This document shows positions 58,403 through 64,000 of a stretch of DNA of 64,000 bases, in pieces (position 1 is the stretch's first letter; each line of letters begins with the position of its first letter). The translations under genes and the position numbers were made by a program. The notes under the pieces were generated by a model. That model was not told where the DNA came from and did not search any database. It saw only the letters and a list, made by a program, of their open reading frames with translations. This DNA is from Trichoplax adhaerens (lineage: Eukaryota > Animalia > Placozoa): the NCBI RefSeq assembly GCF_000150275.1, contig NW_002060950.1:1042106-1106105 (forward strand), in the 5' to 3' direction.

Positions 58403-61400
58403 TTAAATTAAAATAAACTTAGTTTTACAATTAATTTCTTTTAATTTCTCTTGCATTTGTGATAACTCAATTTCTTGCAATCGCTTACGACGGACTTTTT
58501 TCGATACAAAAGCATTGGAGAAGCGGTTGCGGAACGAATCTCGAAATTGGCTTAATGATTCCGATGAAAACGATGTCATGATACCTTGATTCTTAGCAGT
58601 AATAACTCCGCCACTGTAAGTATTATTGTTGCTATCGTCGTCACTATTGGAAGACACTTTTTGATTCTCATTATCAGCTGGTACATTTTTCTTCTTTCCA
58701 TTATTATCTTGATCCTTTTCGTGACTAATATCATCATTATCCGATGTATTTCGAGATGATTCTGAACAGCTAGCGCACTTAAACCCAACCGCAATAAAAT
58801 CATCACGAATAATATCCGTTAATTTTTTGTATTTACCGCAGATTGTACATGTACTATTAACATCGAGCTCATCATTGAGATCGGATAAGCTTTCTGGTTC
58901 CATTGCATTGTTATCAATAACTTCAAAATCGCTCAAATTGTTATCACTATCGTTAATCTTAATTGCTGGTTGATGATAATTAGCTACTAATTGATTACTG
59001 CCAGGTCGAATTTTACTCAAGCGTACACAACTGTAGTCTTGGTTGATACTTGCAGTCCATGAGTAACGATTTTTGTTAATAATTTTATGCGATTTTCTAT
59101 CATGATTGGCCGATCCTTCACTATCTTCATCTTCGCTATCATCGGAATCAATAGGCATCGTAAGATCTGGGCATGATGGTATTTTTCTTAAATCGATGTA
59201 TTTATCACGTAGGCTATCCATGCGACTAGATGAATCGCAAAGGAAGTATACCTCATTTTTGGAATCAATGGATAGAGATCGGGTTGATGAGGTAAGTCGC
59301 CTTAATTTACTATGAGATTGCCATATTTGATTACGAGATTTTAATGTATCCCTATCAGAGCCAGTGCTACCTTCGCTACATTCGTTATCGCTACTGTTGT
59401 TATTAGTAAATTCGTAGGCGTCCAACGTTGAATTAGGCTCTGTGGCGATTACAGTAGGTGAGCTAACGGATAATTTAATATCTGGAATGCTATTTGCTGC
59501 TGTTGTTTCTACTGTTGCAATATGGTTAGGGTTTGATACTTTTTTTAGCTGAAATCTTTTTCGCCATTGACTGATAAATCGACCTGATAAAGGTCCGCTA
59601 TTGCTTGAATTAGTTGTCGCTGTCGTAGTTGTAGTATTGCTAACTGTAGCGTTGGGTTTGATGGGTTTGATGACTTTCGAAAACCAAGCATTTGCACGAG
59701 ACATGAATGATAAATCAACTGCATCGTTAGGATCTTTGCTTTTAATTCTGAATCATCAAAAAAGATTAAAAATACCGCAATTATCAAAATAGTGTAATAT
59801 TGAATGTATTATATTACAATATACTTCTATTAGGGAATATCACCTTTCTAAGCGTTTTTTAATGACTGCCACTGGGTTTTTCTTGACTAGACCACAAGTG
59901 CACACAATAGCATCAGCAATAGCTATCATACGATCTGTAAATGATTCAGCCCCATATAGACATTTATCAGTAATGAAACTAAATATATTAACCTTAAGTT
60001 GGTATAATCACGTAAGATAACCTGTAGAATCTTCAATGGTCTTTGAGTGAAGATTTCTCAAGGTATAAAAATATCCAGTACAATTAGCATGGATATAATG
60101 AAGGCGTAAGAATATAAATTTCGATTTAAACAACGATGCAATCATGCCTATAGTTTAGAAATATTATATTAGTTATAATTGTCATCAATTATAGTGATCG
60201 CTATGATCTTCTTTTAATAGCTGGAGTTGCACAGTACATATTTGATCAAATTATGACACAACGTTGCTGGACAGCAATTAATTATTCGACTGCTGTAGAA
60301 ATATGAAAACCGCTGATGTAACTTTATGATAAATTAAGATATACGGTACTACTATACGTATATCAATTATAAATTTTAAAGTGAAATAGAATCAACTTAC
60401 CAATTTCTATTCTTTCAACATCATCCAATAAAGTGCTTCTAAACGTTGTTATACGCTCATTTTCATCATCATAACTTTGAAATAATAAGATACGGTAGTG
60501 GTATTAAATTTGGTTTACCAAAATATATGGAAATAACTTCTTTCAAGAAATGTATTATATGTTTATGGGATAAATATAAATATAAAAGTACAGTATACTT
60601 TACTAAGCATTAATTACTCAGCTGGCACAGAATTTTCTATGGAGCAAATGATACCTGGCAAGATATATTGCTTTGGTTGTTAATAACAGCGCTACATCTT
60701 CGTCATGGCCGGTGTTTGAGCTAAATTTTATTACCCATAAATTCATATGACACGTTATTATTCCATAGTAATAACACCTACTTCATAAAAAATTATGTAA
60801 TAATAAAGGAACACCATTGACTAACCAAAAATGCGGGTTAACTAACATCCAACCAGCAACATGTTCCTCGTCTTCAGGAACAATTAAACGTTGGCAATGA
60901 GATATTACATTCGCCTCTGATTCTTCCCGTTGAGCCGACCATTCATCTTCATTTTTCAACTGTTGCCTAATCTTTCGCTTTAAGTTCAGTAACTGCAACT
61001 CTTCTGTAACAGGATTACCTAACATGATATCTGAATAGTTTTGAAGATGAAGGGAATATGAGTATATCGGCTATTTATCTTTGTCATTGTGCATTAAGAG
61101 TAGTAAGATTTTAACATTGTAGTTATCCTAATATCATTAAATACCAATGACAGTCTGCCTATACGTATCTCTGAATCGGTTCAAATAGTACCTAACAAAA
61201 AATTTTGTTATTAATGAATAAATTCAATCGGTAACTACTTCATTAATAGTAGTAAAGTAAGTATAACATTTATCTTTAAAGTATACCGATTTGCTGAGTT
61301 GTATCCATCTTTCATGACACCTTTGACGTTTCTTTCGCCTGTTCTTGTATAATCTCCCTAAATAAATATGTTATACGTCAGCTCCTGATATCATTCATTG

Positions 61401-63862
61401 TATTATCAAGTTAGAATATCTTAAAGTATTAATATCGATATTGAACAGTAATCCTTTTACATCAATGAAATCGCAATTTTATTTATAAATTTTCACCTTT
61501 AATGCATCAGTACCAGCATATTGCCGACTAATAGCGTCGCCACAATTTGCCCACATGCCTTGCCATTGCAAACGACAGCCTCCAGGTAAGGATTGTTCAG
61601 GTAGTAAACAGCCTAACTTTCTCAGCTATGAATTGTAATCAAGAATACAAGGACCGAAATTACCAGCTATCACTTCGTATCAGTATTGTGTCTACGTTGT
61701 CTGCAATAGAAATTATGTAGTTTAATAGGATTTACTTGAGCTTCCAAGATAACACGAGAAATGGCAGCCTGTACAACATTAGTTCTATCCAAGCAATCCA
61801 TGCAATTAACCCGCATGACACAAGTTTGTTGACAGATTGGTGACCGATCTGATGTAATCCTATAAAAAATTATATAATTTATGCGATTTAATAGTTTTAT
61901 TTAGTGAATGTTAACAATTTTTCATGTTCTGATAGCTTTAAAAAAGCTACAAACCAGCAAAATTTCATTTCGTGAATTAAATTCTTCATTCTCTGCAATA
62001 ATATCGAAATATTTTGAAATTGCAATCCTTTACTGCAGTTGTAAATAAGGAGAAATGGTGATTAGTTTTATTGTTAAGTTATATAATTAAACGAATATAT
62101 AACATTTCAGATCTTATAAATAATAACTTATACCAGTGTTCATGAAAGTCGAAGGATACAAAAGTTAAATTAGAACTGTCGTAGGAGATTATATTTTTCA
62201 TAAAGGCATCATGGATAATCTATTAAAAAGTTTGTAGCACTTTTAATTAATTGCATTCATCTATAATTATCAATCTTTCAATTAAGTGTAGTACTTTATT
62301 ACCTTCTCTCTTCCAATATGATCAATTAGACTGATGATTATCTATATAGAGGAGTAATTAATATTGAATAGCTATCAGATAACAATTACTTAGAAAGAAA
62401 TCTAAATAATCATTATGATCACTAACTAGATCGCCATATATTGAGACAAGCTCAGAAAAATGTTTTGTTAATGCAGCTTGAGTATCTTCTTGACCTACAA
62501 ACAGATAAAGATAATGTCAGGCATGAAATTTGGAAATAACAGCTGTTATAAGAGTATAGTAGTTTGCCATATTCCTTAACCTTTATCAATCACAGGCGGC
62601 GGGCGATATTGTATGCCAGGTTGGCTCCAAAATAATGGCACCGATCCACGTGTAATAACAAAAGATAAAACATTCTGGTTGTACGTTGTTATCTGAAAAT
62701 TAAAAAATTTAGAAATATTTAGGGTTAATTAAGGCTATTTGATATTAATAGGTATGGCTATTTATTACAGTAAACGCAATTTGAAGAAAGTGATTTTTAT
62801 GTTATATGGATCATTGCCTGTTCAGTTTCCACGAAATTAGCACATGAGCCGCTTTTATCTATCCCTCTACGTTTATATCTAGTTCCTACAAAGAGGACAA
62901 AATAAAATCTTAATGCTATAACTGATAATAAAATTTCTCATCTAGCATTCTAAAATTTTACTATCCAATTTTAATTAATCTTTCAGTCTGTTATACGTAA
63001 ATTGACAAGTTTAGTCATGACTATAGGAATTAGGAAGTTACGTTCAATCTTGGATTATTTTTACCTGCTCTAAAGCGACTTCTTCTAGCGATTAATAATA
63101 GACCAAATTCATCCGTATTGCGTTGATCAATAGATACCTTCTCGTGCATTGCTGCTGTTGTTGTCGTCGAGTGATCATGATCCGGGGATAAGTTAAATCT
63201 TTCTATTTGGATAAATCCTTGCATAATCGGTGTAATCCATATATCAGCTTCAGGATCCTACGCAAAAGATGTTATAACTTTTAGTCTTGTATACTAAGTA
63301 GGAAACAAATATGCTTTCGATAGGTAGTTCTATTTCTATAATAATACAAGGCGAAAAATCAAGTATGATCATTTATCTATTCATCAATTTCTGTCGAGTC
63401 TTACTTTCGAGTCAATTAGATCTTTTAACATGAATTTATTCCAGAAAAATCGCCTATTTACCTAAATAGATATTAAAATCGAATATCAGTGGAGTAATAG
63501 CGATTTTAATGCATATACACGACATAACATTAACAGTTTTACCCTTTTCCATAACGGTAATGTTGCATCGTAATCTGGACTATGTAAATTTTGCATAGAG
63601 TTTGTAATATCGCCAGTGGTTGAATAATAAAATGCACCGGAATCGTTAAACATTTTACATAATTCCTAAAGTTATAAAGTAACGGATTATTAGATGAAGT
63701 AATTTGCTACTCAAAAAGGTAGGGAGATAAAGTATAGGAGATTGGTAAATTTCTAGGCATTGATAAATTTGACCGTTGGTGAAGTAATGTTGGTAAACGA
63801 TATGTCTGTATACTTACCTCCAATAATCGCCTCTCTAATTTTTCTTTGATTTTTAAGCTTTT
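58403..63862 (-). CDS. INPP5F: Phosphatidylinositide phosphatase SAC2/INPP5F (Sac domain + hSac2 domain + long C-terminal tail), 5'-truncated by the window
   Basis: Many short exons read KEKLERRLLE/ELCKMFNDSGAFYYS, RRFFWN, LIARRSRFRAG/TRYKRRGID..ANFVETEQ, RGSVPLFWSQPG, FDFHEHC, catalytic RVNCMDCLDRTNVVQ (about 61765-61815), WANCGDAISRQYAGTDALK/GDYTRTG and hSac2 YDDENERI..VERIEIG, LRLHY..GYFYTLR. Exon 59934-59844 (KRLER) splices to the last exon 59747-58403, which ends NCKTKFILI. Confidence 0.92.
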
Positions 63863-64000
63863 CTGTTATAACAGGAAGAGATTGATATATGTTAAAGTCA
63901 TTTTTTTTATGAGGTGAATAGACGATAATGCAATGTGATAGATATATCGAAATGTATGAAATTTTCTTGAAATCATTACTGAGATATGCCATAAGCATGC

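Noticed and set aside
58403-59704. 433-aa ORF as an orphan gene
   Set aside because: It is the last exon of SAC2, joined in frame through the acceptor at 59748 (KRLER/IKSKDP).
63753-63998. 81-aa ORF at the window end
   Set aside because: Wrong frame. The real SAC2 exon 63862-63818 (KSLKIKEKLERRLLE) lies within it in another frame.

Overview
AT-rich eukaryotic (animal) genomic DNA with many short GT-AG introns, so most short ORFs in the supplied track are exon fragments or noise. The compact introns, AT-richness and intronless NB-ARC-TPR genes suggest an early-branching metazoan such as a placozoan (Trichoplax-like). That assignment is inference, not proof. Hand-spliced gene order: ERI1 (-, 4 exons); two tandem single-coding-exon NB-ARC-TPR STAND genes (+); APAF1 (-, 18 coding exons, about 1199 aa), convergent with them; MCFD2-like (-); a giant wolframin/WFS1 (-, 3 coding exons, about 2908 aa); a stand-alone gene carrying only the wolframin N-terminal Sel1-like module (-); and SAC2/INPP5F (-, 5' end outside the window). 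Three things stand out. (1) A three-gene STAND cluster: a degenerate-ATPase, C-terminally membrane-anchored NB-ARC-TPR, an effector-less canonical NB-ARC-TPR, and an APAF1 with variant Walker-B and MHD motifs. This could be a sensor/helper-type innate-immune or cell-death module. (2) A wolframin about three times the human length, with three Sel1-like modules and a roughly 2000-aa disordered cytosolic region carrying six NPF motifs and LIR-like motifs, plus a fourth, soluble copy of the module next door. (3) A duplicated 79-nt fold-back hairpin upstream of ERI1. No tRNA, rRNA, CRISPR array or intact transposon was recognised.
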